A DNA stretch of 63,035 bases, filler included, from Octopus bimaculoides (lineage: Eukaryota): NCBI RefSeq assembly GCF_001194135.2. It is 6 parts of 6 records of this genome, joined end to end, with 100 filler letters (N's around TTAATTAATTAA, not from the genome) between each part and the next. Parts side by side here need not be neighbours in the genome. Positions count along the whole stretch, not along the records: positions 1 to 11,817 come from NC_068992.1; positions 11,918 to 28,533 come from NC_068996.1; 4 more parts are not named here. One strand, 5' to 3'. Positions 1 through 14,424 of the stretch are shown in pieces. Position 1 is the stretch's first letter; every line of letters starts with the position of its first letter. Made by a program: the position numbers and the translations under genes. The notes below the pieces were generated by a model, which was not told the DNA's origin, did not search any database, and saw only the letters and a program-made list of their open reading frames with translations.

Positions 1-150
1 GTTCTTGAAAATTGGTTACTTTCCCTAAAACTATATATATTTTATATATACTTTATCTATAAGGCTCAATTTAATTTTAATTTTTTATAAATTGATTTTA
101 ATTGAGTTTTTTACCTGTAATTTTGGATTTTGTCCCTAATAATATTATTA

Positions 151-181
<31 letters not shown>

Positions 182-1098
182 TCTCTTTTGTATATTACTG
201 CAGTTACGGACGTTTGTTTTATGAGAGAAAGATTATAGAACTGTAGATTTGGTGGTTCGTTGATATTTTAGCCTTGAAACTTAGGGGTTCCCTCAGTGAG
301 TCACTCAGATATTTATTTTTGATTCTTTTTGTATGTTATTGACATACTTCTGATAACACCATGTTGTGCTTCTTTGATATTTCAACCAGAAGTCTCTGGT
401 TTTATCATTTCCTGCAGACGTTCACTTGTTCGTTTTCTGGATTACAACTTGAATTGTTATTCCCTTACATGTTTAGTCAGGTGTTACATTTGTTTTTTGG
501 AGTAATCTCGCTGTTTGTCATTGCTGTAATATCAGCAATCCCTCACAAGATTCTATTTTTCTTCATTTTGGTGCTGAATTGATCTCTAGTTAATTTTTGC
601 TGCGTTTATAAAATTCTGTGTTGGTTTGTTTGTCTAAAAGATCGTTTTCTCTCATATAACCTCTAATGAATTCTTAACGATCGCTTTCCTTTTAATGCAG
701 CTATTTTGTTATCTATTTTTATTTCTTTGTAATGTACTTCTCTTCTTTCTCTCTGACTTCTGTTGTGCCTTTTTCTATATTTGCTTAGTGCATTGAAGGA
801 GGCAAAACAGACTAGTGTCTGTGTTTCAAGGAAAAGATGAAACTAAGAGAAAAAATAATGACATTGGGAGACATTGTCGCCAACAAATTAGGTGTATCCC
901 ATTTGCTGTGTTTTACAAGGAGAATTTGCGAGTCATTAGCTGTAGAGGTTTGTGGCACTTAGCGAAATTATACTGATATATCAATATTTTATTGATGCAG
1001 CATAGCCACATGTTTCATAAACACTCTCCACACTCTTGAGGCTGAGGTCTCGATGCCATAATGTGACATGTCGAGCAGCTTTATTTTACAAAAACCAG

Positions 1099-1119
1099 GA
1101 GTCGATCTAAGCTCTACAG
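1099..1119 (+). CDS. Candidate 21-nt micro-exon (phase 1-1, reads VDLSST) or 3' end of a longer exon (MSSSFILQKPGVDLSST)
   Basis: ttattttacaaaaaccAG | gagtcgatctaagctctacag | GTGAGA; splice-like signals in unique sequence; no homology recognised. Confidence 0.15.
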
Positions 1120-1329
1120 GTGAGAGCGGATAGTATGGAATCCTGCTCGAAAAACTGTTATTGTCATCTAAGCAGCCTGCGTTGCCACACTAATTCTACT
1201 TCGGGATTACTTCAAACGAGGAATAGCTCCTTCTCCAGCCATATACACTCCCTGTTTCTGTGACGCATTTATTTTCCGATTCTTCGCAGTATTATTTATT
1301 TTTACCCTTTGAGTGAATTGGAGCAACGT

Positions 1330-1440
1330 CAAATAAAATGTTCTGCTCAAGCACACAATGCGTTGCCCAATCCAGGTATCGAAACGACAATCTTACGGTC
1401 ATGAGGCTGACACCCTAATCAGTAAACCATAGTAAGTCCT
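1330..1440 (-). mobile_element. tRNA-derived SINE head fragment
   Basis: Reverse complement resembles the head of the SINE at 22098-22340 (ggtgtcagcctcatgaccgtaagattgtcgtttcgatacctgga). Confidence 0.55.
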
Positions 1441-3219
1441 ACAGTTCATCGAACCACTGAATAGTTATTATCGAAACTGACTGGGATCCATTTTGCTAAT
1501 GTTATCAATAACAGTGAAAACTCTCAACATATTAGAACATAATACTAGAAAATTTACAAAAAGAATAAAGAATCCTGTAAATCCTTCATAAAATTAATCC
1601 CAACAAAATAGGGAACTATTTTGCTAAAAACATGATTTATCACTTTCTTTTAATTGCTAAAAGAAAAGAAATTTTATTAAAACATGTTTTCTTCTGATTG
1701 AAACTTCTTCCTTATATATATTTGTTTTATATATTTGTTTATATATGTGTTTATATTTTTGTTTATTGATCGTCAGTTATCGTGTAGGTTGAATGTCTCG
1801 AGCTATATTATTTCAATATCGCGATTTGTTTTTGTACTATTTTGTAAACTTTATTTTGTACTTTTATTGGATCTTTCCGTTAAAATGCTTTTATTATAAT
1901 TTCATTGCACAGTTACCGATGTCCTATTTCCCAGTGAGAGAGAAAATGTACGTGGTTCAATTAGTTCAACACGATACTGCGTTTGTATTAGTTCAATCTT
2001 GCTTCCATTTCTTTTTAAATATAAATGTCACTGAAGAAAAATGCCAGACGCCAAGATTAAAAGAATATAATCGGTTTCATGTATGCAAATGGTGCATTAT
2101 TTTCCATGTATTGTTATATATACAACTGAGAATATCTCAGTATGTGAATTTGCTTTTTATATGTGTGAATGTGTGTAACTACGAGTGAGATGTGTGTAGA
2201 AATTACATTGAGAGAGATTGGCTTCACGAAGTGTTATTTTCAATGAAAACCAAAGAACATATAATCCGTCAACACCATTGTGAATTTCTCGTTAGAAGTT
2301 TCGTTTTGGAAACAGAAACCAATATTCGTGCCAAAACCGCAGCAATCGAAATCGTTTTCAATCAAATGAACTATTTCAAAAGATGTTGTATTTTTATGGT
2401 GCTTCAGCCGTAGACACCGGCTAATTGCGTAGTAGTGGGGCATTAAATTACAAAGTTCTTTCTTTATGTCTGTTTGGTAAAGTTATAAATGCTATGCATG
2501 TATAATGAAAACTTACTGTGTTTACTGTTGTTGTGGTGAGGAGAGTTTGGCCAAGATGATTCGTGCGTGTAAGAGTGATATTTTCGGTGTGAATATGCTT
2601 TTGTATCTAGTATAATTATTATGTTCTGTGAGTGAGGATGTGAGGAAAACAGGGGGATAGAGGTAAATAAAGCCGTAAACCGAGATATTTAGAAGCATTT
2701 ACTAAGACAACCGACTAAACCATATCGCCCAAAGTTATGTGAGGAAATGAAGTCACTTGCTTATCAATACCTCGAATAGAGGTTTACAAAATACGCATAA
2801 CAAGGTATAACAAACTTCACTCAATGGAAATTAATCATAGGCTCGAACAGTTGACAGTAATTCAAAGTAAATAAGTGAAGATTAATTTATTTTACAATAT
2901 CTCCATATAGTCTGATGTTGATTAGTGCCAAATCATCCGTAACTGACGGTAGTCATTTAGCCGTAACTTCCTATCATCTCTTCAGATATACTATAATTTT
3001 TAAGAAGTGAAAATTGTATTGAGACGTTGTAAATGAAATTGATGTGTCGAAAAGCCCGGATAAGAGCGATATTTTTTTTATGAATGTTTTCTAACTAGAA
3101 TGACGAAGGAAAGCCTATTTGTTTGCACACATGTTGCAAACTTTGGTTCGATCTGGTCGAGCCGCTTGAGAATGCATAGGAAACAGACATATATATATGT
3201 AAATATATATAAGAGAGAG

Positions 3220-3250
<31 letters not shown>

Positions 3251-3310
3251 NNNNNNNNNNNNNNNNNNNNNNNNNNNNNNNNNNNNNNNNNNNNNNNNNN
3301 NNNNNNNNNN

Positions 3311-3370
<60 letters not shown>

Positions 3371-3849
3371 TATCGGCCACGTGGTAGAGTTAAACAGTAG
3401 TGACATTAAACTATAAGGCTCGTAGAATTTATCGTGCAGGCTCTAATAGACATTCAAACAATTTCCATTAAAAAAAATCTTATACTAGTCTACATACATT
3501 AACATTTTATTCTGTCAGTTTTCAGAACAAGAAATGTTATTGGAATAAAATTATTCTTCGATATTATCTAATATTATTCAATTATTGGAAAGGGTGTTGA
3601 GATTTTTTAAAATCTGACAGTTTTGCTGAGTAAAGTATCTACAAAATACGAACTAGTATGGCTTTCGATTTGGCAGCGACAGCTTAATATATCTTCCTTA
3701 CCGTTTGAACGATATTTTGTTTGTATTTAGAATCCAAACGTATGACATATCTTAATTTCATTTTATGTTTTCAAAATCTGATACAACGCCTATATTTTGT
3801 TTTAGAAGCTAACACTGGAAATCTGCAGCGTAGGATTAAATGTAGAGCT

Positions 3850-4700
3850 GAATCAAACATGTTGAGATTTAAAGAATCCAATCACACCCAATAACGGCCA
3901 CTAGTGTTATTTTCAAAGAACTCTCTTGGTTTCAATTCTATCCTTAATTTGCATATATGACATCGCAAATGTCATGAAAAACAAATTAGGAATGTCGCAG
4001 AAGATACTAAAATTCAGAAAGATTCCAACGGATTAAGCGACGAGGAAACGTTATAGCCGACCTAATATGGCAACAGATATATTCTCTCAGCTTCTTGAGA
4101 ACTTCACAAGGAATCTAATAATAACAGAGAATTACACTTGCCAAGAGTAATGTCGGTTGGGACCATTCACATAAGCAGTAGTAATAACGTTGGAATGGCA
4201 CGCAGGAGAATCTCTTGCATCCTCAGAATATTCCCACACGGTTATACTTAAAATGTTGCTCTGTGTGATCTCTACATTCCATGCAGAATTTCAAAACTTT
4301 TACAAAATAATGGCAAAACAAGTCTTGATTCCTTCGCTTGCCTCCTAATATGTAGATTCTGTTCCCATCGAAGTCCCTATGAGCGCTGACACGTTTTAAT
4401 AATATAAAAAGTATTCCCTAAGTATTTCTACATTGCAGCTCAAATATTACCCACAAATACTAACACTGGAATTCTGTACCACGTGTCACCTTCTATACCA
4501 CAAATCGAACTCGCATCATATAACCACACTTAATACAACTATATAAATCAGCCTCTCCCTTCCAAATCACAATAACAAAAGAACCAATAATATTCCAGTT
4601 GCAACTGGAACAATTCTGCCAAGAAATAGCAGACAAACCACCGACAGAACAACTTCAACGAATAATTCTTTGGAAATTTAACGGATACATCTGAAAGTAG
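3850..4700 (+). mobile_element. Heavily decayed LINE ORF2 3' region (L1/Tx1-like)
   Basis: Stop-riddled coding-like sequence with a CRFCSHRSPYER*HVL CxxC...H remnant resembling the zf-RVT/zinc-knuckle end of L1/Tx1 ORF2. Confidence 0.25.
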
Positions 4701-5083
4701 ATCTCACAAGAGGAATTGTAACTTGAAAATTATGTAAGCATATGTATACAAGCCCACACTCTCACAGACACACCCACAAATATTTTGTGGAGATGGATGT
4801 GTGTTTGCGTGTGTACATGTGAATGCACACGTACATATATGAATGTGCGTATGTACTTATATACGTCATATTTCTTCATAACTGATCTTGTAAGACTAAC
4901 ACATCTAGCAATACCTATTAATTTTCTAAACCAATAATTTTTATAATAAGGCCTTTTCAGTATATCTACTTGACTTAAACTTCAATATATTTAATTATAT
5001 TATGATACATCAAAGCTGACAGGAATTGTAAAGTAGATAATTGCACGTGAATATTTAAATACATATCTGTTCGCCTCTCTGTC

Positions 5084-5122
<39 letters not shown>

Positions 5123-5339
5123 ATGCAGATAGATATATACATAGATGTTCTTATTGGCTTAATGAAATTATTCGCTTTATGGAAGTGCCATGGTGTAGAG
5201 AATATATACACACACAAACTCACGTGCGTGCAAACACATTTATGAATACACATTTATATATACGAGTAAGTGTTTGTGTGTGTGTGCGTGTCAGCATACT
5301 TTTATTTCTTTTAGCCAGAGGTTGTGCCTATGCTGAGAC

Positions 5340-5580
5340 TCACTGCTGCCGTGATTGATTCTCTCTGATTCTATCTTCGGGAGTGGCTTTCGTGTTCCGT
5401 CCAGGGATGCAGGGATGTGTGTTCATTCAGAAAACAGTTTGTCTAAGGTTTGTCTCAGGTGTTCTGGGAAGGAATTGAAAGGATTTTATGTACTTTAATC
5501 CTGACCTACCTACAGTGCAGGGTCCTTACTCTAGATGGACACTTAGGATATTTGGCACTATGCGGAGGGATCCAATTCGG
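5340..5580 (-). mobile_element. Possible CR1/L2-like LINE 3' fragment
   Basis: Minus-strand translation LKYIKSFQFLPRTPETNLRQTVF*MNTHPCIPG loosely matches the CR1/L2 ORF2 tail (LFNSLP...LD.FL..VPDEP). Confidence 0.25.
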
Positions 5581-5759
5581 TTATCATTGTAGCTTTCAAT
5601 CACAATGTTAAGTGCTAAACTTCCCAAGTTCGTTCATATATACAAGATCCTGTGAATAAACTGTCGTCTAAATTACGCAAAGATGAAGACAACACTGACT
5701 TCACATTTTAACATATATTTACCAAAATTATATAGACAGATTGAAATGCGTAAGAATAA

Positions 5760-6400
5760 ATATATTCAATAAATTGGCATTGGCTCCAACCTCGGCTTCC
5801 AGACGCCTTCGGAATCACCAGTAACACTTTTGGACCGTCTCCTTGTTTAAGGTGGTGATTGCTGCCATAATCCTTGTTTTCGGTTCATCTTTGGTGTTAT
5901 AAGAAGTTTCGTTTGTATCTCGCTCAGCTGCACTACACACATAATAATCAAGGGGGTTGCAGTCTGGGGAGTTAGATGGGCAGATGTTAGGGGTGATGCT
6001 GTAAGAGAAATTATCTGGCAGCCCTGACTGGGTTCTTTTGCTTGTGGCATGGTTCAGAGTCCTGTTGCCAGACAGGGTCTTCCAGCAGCCACTTTCTTGA
6101 CCCAGGGCAGCACTAACTCCTCCAGGCACTTGATGTAGGCCTCCCTGTTGAATCTAAGGCCATTTGAGAAGATGAATGGAGGCATAATATTGCCATCCCT
6201 AGTGACCACTCCAAACACCATGATGTTGACTGGATGTTTGATGTTTTATCACCGTTGGCACATATCTTCAGATTCAACTGTCCTTAGATTGACACGCAAA
6301 CACTCTGAAATGTACGTATTGGAGATTCCGGCACGAATTCCAACCTGTCGTTTCCAAATTTCTGGCAGGAAGCGACCTCTATTATATGCATTTACGTTCA
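5760..6400 (-). mobile_element. Tc1/mariner (DDxD-type) transposase remnant, C-terminal half
   Basis: ORF 5815-6129: HATSKRTQSGLPDNF...ICPSNSPDCNPLDYYVCSAAERDTN, matching the WPPNSPDLNPxDY motif of IS630-Tc1-mariner transposases. Confidence 0.85.
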
Positions 6401-6464
6401 AATTGCGAATACATAACCGATTTAATTTGTTATATACATACGTTTATATACACGTGTGTATGTG

Positions 6465-6520
<56 letters not shown>

Positions 6521-8879
6521 GTATATACAGAGAGGTGTGTTTGTGTGTGGTGTATATGTATCAAGTTCCTGTCACTTTATTTTGTATAATTTACGAAGTA
6601 CGGTGTAACCACGTGCATTTGTCAATGTCCATACGAAGCGTTAATAAACCTTGATACTTCATGGGAAGTGGTATATTTTCTGCATCGTTGATTTTGAGTT
6701 ATAAACTTGAAGACATATCTAGGACCAATTCGGATCACATGTTTTCGCACACATATTTGTTTTATATTATAATTAAAAACAGCATAATACATTGGTATCC
6801 TTCACATTTTAGTTATTTTAGCGAGGCGATCCTTTATTGCTGCCATATGCAATCAATATAAACGGAGATTGGAAAATACAAAGTAAAACTTTTCATAATT
6901 TCATGTATATTGTTCATAATCAAGTTTTAGGTGGAAATTTGATTTTATAGGAAGCAATATGATATATAATTTTCACTGCAGGTAAACGGAAATAAAACTT
7001 GAGCATGTATGGCTATGAAAAAAAGATATAATCAAAAAAATATTTATTAAATGTATTGCCCCATAAAATTATATGTAAGCGCAGGAACAAATATGATAGA
7101 ATATCAAAATTTTATGCAACGAACCCATGGATGTTTTTATATATGTGAGGTGGCATCACGATTAAGATATGCACATGTGTATACTTTTCCCCCCAAAACA
7201 ATTACAAAATGCAAAGCTTCATTATAAATAGATGTGATATGAACAAAGAAACAGTTGCCTCCTCTGCCATAACATTAAACAAATGTTATATGTACTATAG
7301 CTGTAATTAATTTGAATTTCTTTTTTTCACGTGTTGATCTTTCTTTGAGCATCATATCCATAGCAATAACATACTCCGTTTTGTTACATATTATCTTTCG
7401 ATAAACTATTTACTATCGGAATTGAGCTAAGATATTGAATTATCTGCTTCATTTTCCTTTTGTTTATTCAAAATAATTATTGGTGGAAAATAGTGAAAGA
7501 ATAACAATACACTGTATCGTTGAAGACACATACTGTAACTTTCAGTTGATTCTTCAACTGGATTGTTCATAATAGAACACCTACGCCTACCCAGCGACCA
7601 TTTTCGGTCGATAATTTGCAATGTGCTGGTTCTTTGTATGTGCCTTATTCAATTATTTTCAGCATTTCGTCTGTAAAATTGTTCCATTTTATTTTTACTC
7701 TGTATTCTATTTTAATCACAAAATATTCTATAAAAATACAATCTTAATAATTATCCGAATTAAGAATATTTATTTGATATAATATAAATGAAATATTTTG
7801 TTTTCTTTTCTTCATCATCTTAAATAAAATTCCACTTAAAGTTAGACAGTATTCAAACTTTTTAATAAAAGAACTTTCGAGAAACTTAAAATGTTTAAAA
7901 TAATATATTTAATAAAAAAACAGGCAAAACAGAAACGATTCTAATAAACAGGGAAAACGGAAGTCATTACTTTTTAATATTTTATTTTTACTAAAACACA
8001 AATTATCCTCTTTTTTTCCGTCAATTTAGTGTTTAAATCTTAGATTTTAGGCAAATATGCCACATTGAAATAATGTTTGTTGTACGTCTTCGTGAACATG
8101 AAGCAATACTTTTGTTTTTATGATTTTCTTGATTTTGTAGCAGTTTTGGTCAAAGTAAGATATTATAATTTAAAAGTTACAGTTTTTATAGCATAATAAA
8201 TGGTTTATTCTTTGTTTTGTTAATACTATTTTACATGGCAGACGAATCTCATTATCTGTACTGAATTTCGGAGTTTTGCAAACATTAAGAATATTTGGTA
8301 AAAATTAATGTGTAAAGAATAATTTTGTAGCAAATATATTTATATAAGTAGTTATTTGTGAGGGCATGTGTGAGCCTGTGTGCGTGTATCGAAGACATGT
8401 ATTAATTCAGACTCATAGAATTAGTAGAGTATTAGAAGGGAGACCAGATAAGCACTAAATCAACCAACATATTGCTGGTATCAGTAATTAGGAGTGTAGA
8501 ATTTGTGAAGCGAGCTACTTTGGGAAATTAGTAGGAACTTACGACAAACATATTTGATATTAGCTTTGTTGGTGAAAAGAAATTCATTTTCATATTTGTA
8601 CGTACTTATGATAAAGTGTGCGTTAACGTCAATATTTATATCACTTATGATACCTACAATACAAACACATACAGGAAGTAGCATGCACACACATACACAC
8701 GAAATTTTGTTGCATAATATGTATGTGTGAGTATTTATGTGTGAGTGTTTGTGTGAGCGCGCGTGCGTGTGGGTGATCATGTGAGTGAGTGTGAGTGTGT
8801 GTCGAATGCGTGTGTGAGTGCGTGAGAATATGTGAGTTTGCGTGTGTGTGTTTGTTTGCGCGCGCACGCGCCTATATAT

Positions 8880-9500
8880 TTGCATGTAATTTCGTATGAT
8901 ACCTAACTTGAAAACGAATGATGGTTTCATATGTTTCGTAGCACTAAATTTGTCCCATCCGCCAAACAGTAACTGATCCTTCCAGCCTCTGCTAAACGAC
9001 TTCCACCAATTCTATAAAACCCCACTTCATTGTTTCTACAAGCAGCACTGACCCTCGCTTCCCATTCCATTCCACAGAGATATTTGGTAAATCTACCACA
9101 AATCAATCCCATCTAAATTCAAGATATGTTACATACACAGTAACAAGGGTTATATAATCAAGGTGATGCGCGCATCTCTGCATAACCAGAACTTCACAGA
9201 CATTGGCAATAACTCCTATATTGCTCTCAAACATTTCATCTTCAGTTCATATCTTTTATTCAACACACATCCCCCATCTCTAAACGAATTTATCCGGCTA
9301 ATTAGGTAGATGATGCAGTATAACATTCACAAGGAGGTCAAATATTCTAACCCTGTCAACTATCTTGCTAATGCACTCACATGCAATGTCTCAAACGTAA
9401 TGAAGCCATTGTTGACAACATTCTACCACACGTTACTTCTCTATCGTATATGTAATTGGGCAATCTTCGACCTGGTTATAACCAGCGGCGCCCACTTATC
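8880..9500 (+). mobile_element. Possible decayed LINE 3' end
   Basis: Coding-like but stop-riddled (KHFIFSSYLLFNTHPPSLNEFIRLIR*MMQYNIHKEVKYS); only loose resemblance to L1/Tx1 ORF2 tails. Confidence 0.2.
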
Positions 9501-10052
9501 ACATGAAATTACTAATAGATAATATAATTTTATAGATTATAATTATGCTTATTGTACTTTTAAGATAGATAGAGAGATAGAAGGGCGGACAGACAAAGAC
9601 AGATAGATAGATAGATAGAAGGACGGACAGACAAAGACAGATAGAGAGAGAGATACATACATACATAGAATTCACAGTATATAAAAGAATCCATTTTACA
9701 TACAAACGAATGTATATATGCGTGTTGAGTGCGATCGTGTGTATATAGATAGACAGATAAATAAGTGAGAGTAGTAGCAGTAGTAGTAGTAAAAGCAGTA
9801 GCAGCAGTATCTGCTGTTCTATGAATTTTTTATAACCATACTCATACCTGAAGTTACAAATAAATGTAATACATACCAGTTTCTGCATCACATCCTCTGC
9901 ACTAAAGCATCAGTTTTCCCATCTTATGACGGGACAATTTCATTTATTGCCGTACCTGACGCTATATTGTGCCTACAATACAACACTGTTACACTATTGA
10001 TTCTTATACTCCCACATTACACAATAGATGCTTTCGCTTTCTTGTATGAATG

Positions 10053-10087
<35 letters not shown>

Positions 10088-11164
10088 CATGTATATCAAA
10101 ACTACATTACATCTTTAATTCCCCAATATACAATGATACCGCAACAGATTTATATTTAATCGGGTTTCAGTATTAGTTACGCAAATGTATGTCTTAGGGT
10201 GCAATATAAATATGAGTGTATGGAGAGAGAGCGAGAGAGAGGGAGAGGAGACAGAGGGAGGGAGGGAGAGAGACAGAGAGGGAGAGAGACAGAGAGGGAG
10301 AGAGACAGAGAGGGAGAGAGACAGAGAGGGAGAGAGAGAGACAGAGAGAGACTAAAGAGATCGAAAGCTAAAGAGATTAGAAGATAGTCGCCCCTTTTCA
10401 ATAGATTGTTGACTTCCGTCAGTACAATATGCACTTAATTTTCCTATTACAGTCATATGCTGTATTGAATTGAAACTTTTATTCGATCTTTTGTCTGTCC
10501 TCCATCAATATGCCCTGGGAACCCGATTTATTATCAGATATTTTTGTATATTCAGAAATTGCAGATTCGGTTGCTCACACTAAGTTGTAGGAAGACAACA
10601 AAACAATTTCAACGTATCTATTAAAATATATCCTCAGCGCAATTTAGTTTTACATTTCTTTAGTGAGAGATTATAAACTTATGAATAGAAATATTTCTTT
10701 ACTTGAAGTGACACAACTAACCTTTCAGAAAAGTTCGTCTATTTTTGACGGGGCGTCGACGTTACTGATTTTATATCTCTAGCGTCGAGCCGAACGTATT
10801 GATCACATAATATTATGTATTAAGCTGTTAATATACGTCGTCAGAGATAATATTTTCAAAATATAGAAGGGTTTCTTTCACTTGATTTCACTTTGAATAC
10901 ACATTTATTTGAATAGATATTCATTTGGTCTGTTTTTTTTATTATTATTAGTGGTTCTTGATTCTGTTGTTTTTATTTCTGTTATTGTTGGATATTTTTA
11001 CCATTTTTATTGTCCGGGGCGGGGTAATTCATAAGCAATTTATAGTGCGTTTATTCACCGCCGTCTATCATACTGGTGTCCAGTTGTGGACGGCAATGAT
11101 GACGACGCAAGAAGACTAATATATAATAAATAAGTAAAATATAGTACAAGACACGCACACACAC

Positions 11165-11222
<58 letters not shown>

Positions 11223-11648
11223 GCAACATACAGCATCTTGATAATTGTTATTTAGTTATCGTTTTTTTTTATTTCAAAATATAAACATTGTGATTCGAGT
11301 TCAAATCACTAGGTAGTAAGTTGGTGTTTGAGACTACTAGATATTCCGGCTACATATAATAATAATTTAAGCTGTTGACGCCATAAGAACTTAGAAACTG
11401 CAAGAACGGAAACTAATTCGTATTCAGAAAAGAGAATCCCCAAGCGAATAATACTAAAACACGAACATTAACTTTCATTCCATTCCATTCCATTATATTA
11501 TATCATATTATATTACATTATATTCCATTCCATTCCATTCCATTCCATTAAAATAATCCTGACGACTTTGCTGCACCAAGCAAAATAGGTCTTGCACGAA
11601 CTTCAGCTAAAGCCCCGTTGTTTCATGACGCTTGTCATTTGCGCAACG

Positions 11649-11817
11649 AGGCAAACTGTAATCTCTTTATTACCCACTAGGGGCCAAACGAGGCAAACTG
11701 TAATCTCTTTATTACCCACTAGGGGGCAAACTGTAATCTCTATTACCCACTAGGGGCCAAACGAGGCAAACTAATCTCTTTATTACCCACTAGGGGCCAA
11801 ACGAGGCAAACTGTAAG
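11649..11817. repeat. 42-bp minisatellite, about 4.5 copies, cut off by a gap
   Basis: Unit aggcaaactgtaatctctttattacccactaggggccaaacg repeated with small deletions. Confidence 0.95.
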
Positions 11818-11917
11818 NNNNNNNNNNNNNNNNNNNNNNNNNNNNNNNNNNNNNNNNNNNNTTAATTAATTAANNNNNNNNNNNNNNNNNNNNNNNNNNN
11901 NNNNNNNNNNNNNNNNN
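11818..11917. other. Scaffolding spacer N44-TTAATTAATTAA-N44 (also at 28578, 45974, 56123, 61137)
   Basis: The same palindromic six-frame-stop 12-mer is centred in N-gaps five times. Confidence 0.95.
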
Positions 11918-12639
11918 ATATATATATATATATATACATATACACACACACACATCTAATAATTTAATGCCTAAATCTGTAAAATAATATTGAAGAATAT
12001 ACTCATTCCTTTTCTCTTTTTTTTTTCTTTTCTGCTTTCTTTTTTTTTTTTCGTTTTTGCTTATGAAAACTGTAAAAAAAACCTCGGTTTGCATAAAGCA
12101 AAAAACAAAATGGACACAAAAATCAGTGAATTAGCAGAATTGCAAGAACATCAGACCAAATGTCTTATGGCATTTGGTCATGACCCTTAATGTTCTGAGA
12201 TCAAATCCAGCTGAAATTAACTTTACCCTTCATTCCTCCTCTCAAGTTGATAAATAAAATGAAGTAACAGTCAAACTCTGAAGTCATTTCATATTCTTAT
12301 TTATCAATGTTAAATGGAATTAGAACAGAAAGTTGGTCACAGTAAAATTTCATTTGAGATTGGACACTACAATGGCAATTTTTAGATGCCAAATCCTCAG
12401 ATTTCTATTTCTGTTTTAGCTGTCAGTGGAGTTTTGTTTTACAATTAGCACAGAACTTTGCATAAATGTCAGAAGAAACAAAACTGAGCAGTGTTTGGTT
12501 TTTTTAAATGTTTTTTATTTCAAATACATTAATGTCACAAATGAAGTTGATGTTATAATTGAGAACAGTTTATGAATATAATGGAATCTAATTTGCTGGG
12601 ATATTGAAACAAACAGCATGACAGATGAGGCTTGATAAA

Positions 12640-12790
12640 AACTTTTTTACTTCCCGACCATATACGGTTCCAGTTTCTGTCCCGCTGCATGGCATTTTGG
12701 GCAAGTGTGTCTTCTACTACAGCTTCAAACTGACCAAAGCCTTGTCAGTGGATTTGGTAAGTGGAAGCTGAAAGAAGAGTGTTGCATGTG
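12640..12790 (+). mobile_element. tRNA-derived SINE (family A), 5'-truncated
   Basis: ggttccagtttctgtcccgctgcatggcattttgggcaagtgtgtcttctactacagc...gtggatttggtaag matches copies at 14988 and 18405. Confidence 0.75.
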
Positions 12791-12924
12791 TGCGTGTGTG
12801 TGTGTGTGTGTGTGTGCATTCATATGTGTGTGTGTGTGTGTATATGTGTAGTGTGTATGTGTCTGTGGTGCATGTGTGTGGTGTGTATGTGTGTGTATAT
12901 GTGTGTGTTAGTTATTCTTTTATT

Positions 12925-13110
12925 TTTTTTTTACTTGTTTCAGTCATTTGTGTCCATGCCAGAGCACTACCTTGAAGGGGTTTAGTTGAACAAATCGACC
13001 ACAGGACTTATATTTTAAGCCTAATATTTATTCTAACAGATTCTTTTGCCAAACTGGTAAGTTACAAGGATGTAAACACACCAACACTGATTGTCAAGTG
13101 GTGATGGGGG
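12925..13110 (-). mobile_element. SINE family A 3' half
   Basis: Reverse complement of the tail at 15180-15550 (ttgacaatcagtgttggtgtgtttacatcc...gcatgg...aatgactgaaacaagtaaa). Confidence 0.7.
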
Positions 13111-13184
13111 GAGAAACACATACACAAAGACAAACATACACAGATATATATGTTTGTGTGTGTGTGCGTATGTATATATATATG

Positions 13185-13600
13185 GCTGTACGAACAGCCA
13201 TGCTACATGGCAGTGACACATGGGCTGTGACCGCTGGGGACATGTGTAGGCTTGAAAGAAACGAAGCTAATATGCTTTACTGGATGTGCAATGTCACTTT
13301 GCATGCATGACAGTGTGTAAGTGTCTTGAGAGAAAAGTTGGACATAAGAGGAATCAGATGTGAGGTGCAAAAGAGACGACTGTGCTGATATGGTCATGTG
13401 ATGTGTATGAATGAGGACAGCTGAGTGAAGAATTGTTGAACAGTGGAGGAAACCTGTGGAAGGGGTAAACCTAGGAAGACATGGGAGAAGGTGTGGAAGC
13501 ATGATCTTCAAACATTGGGCCTCACAGAGACAATGACAAATGACCAAGACCTTTGGCATCATGCTATACCTGTGAAGACCCATCAAGCCAAATAAGATCA
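13185..13600 (+). mobile_element. RTE-clade LINE 3' fragment
   Basis: AVRTAMLHGSDTWAVTAGDMCRLERNEANMLYWMCNV...LREKLDIRGIR...RRL..YGHVM...GRGKPRKTW, the typical RTE ORF C-terminus. Confidence 0.9.
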
Positions 13601-13810
13601 TAGTCATGGCTGATGCTGGTGCTGTGTAACTGGCACCCATGCCAGTGGTATGTAAAAAGTACCCACTACACTCTTGTAGCGGTTGGTGTTTGGAAGGGCA
13701 TCCAGCCATAGAAACCATGTCAAAACAGACTGGAGCCTGGTATAGCTCTCTGGCTTACCAGTTCCAGTCAAACCATCTAACCTGCCTAAACGGATATTAA
13801 ATGAAGATGA
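13600..13810 (+). mobile_element. RTE-associated SINE-like repeat (family B) ending in (GAT)n
   Basis: gtacccactacactcttgtagcggttggtgtttggaagggcatccagccatagaaacc...gatattaaatgaagatgatgat; homologous to 24030-24230 and 25050-25410. Confidence 0.75.
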
Positions 13811-13821
13811 TGATGGTGAGA

Positions 13822-13860
<39 letters not shown>

Positions 13861-14424
13861 ATCATCATCATCATCCTTTAACATCTGTTTTCCATACTGG
13901 CAATGGTTGGATGGAAACTGAAAGAAGCAAGTCATGTTAAGTATATATGTATGTATGTATGTATCAATGCATATGTATGTATGCCTGTATGTCTGTATGT
14001 ATGTGTGTGTATGTATTTTTGTATGTATGTATGTGTGCATATGTATGCATGCATGCATGTATGTATGCATGTAGGTGTGTTTGTATGTATGTATGTCTGT
14101 ATGTATGTTATGTATATGTATGCTTGTATGTATGTGTTTATGTATGTATGTATTTTTGTATGTATGTATTTTTGTATGTATGTATGTATCTATGTATTTA
14201 TATATTTAAGCATGTATGTATGTGTTTATGCATTTATGTATGTAATGTATGTATGTATATATGTATGTATGTGTTTTTGTATTTGTTTGTATTGCATTTG
14301 TCCACCACCACTGCTTGACAACCAGTGTTGGTTTGTTTATATCCAAATAACTTGGTAGTTTAGGAAACAGAGAGATAAGTTATATTAAATCTCTGAGTGA
14401 GAGATAAATAGTAACAGTATGAGA

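Noticed and set aside
11555-11600. CTGACGA followed by a ttgct/agcaa stem
   Set aside because: No GAAA after the stem and no stem I pairing; at best a very decayed hammerhead.
11862-11873. TTAATTAATTAA palindrome recurring five times
   Set aside because: Always centred in N-gaps; an assembly linker, not biological.
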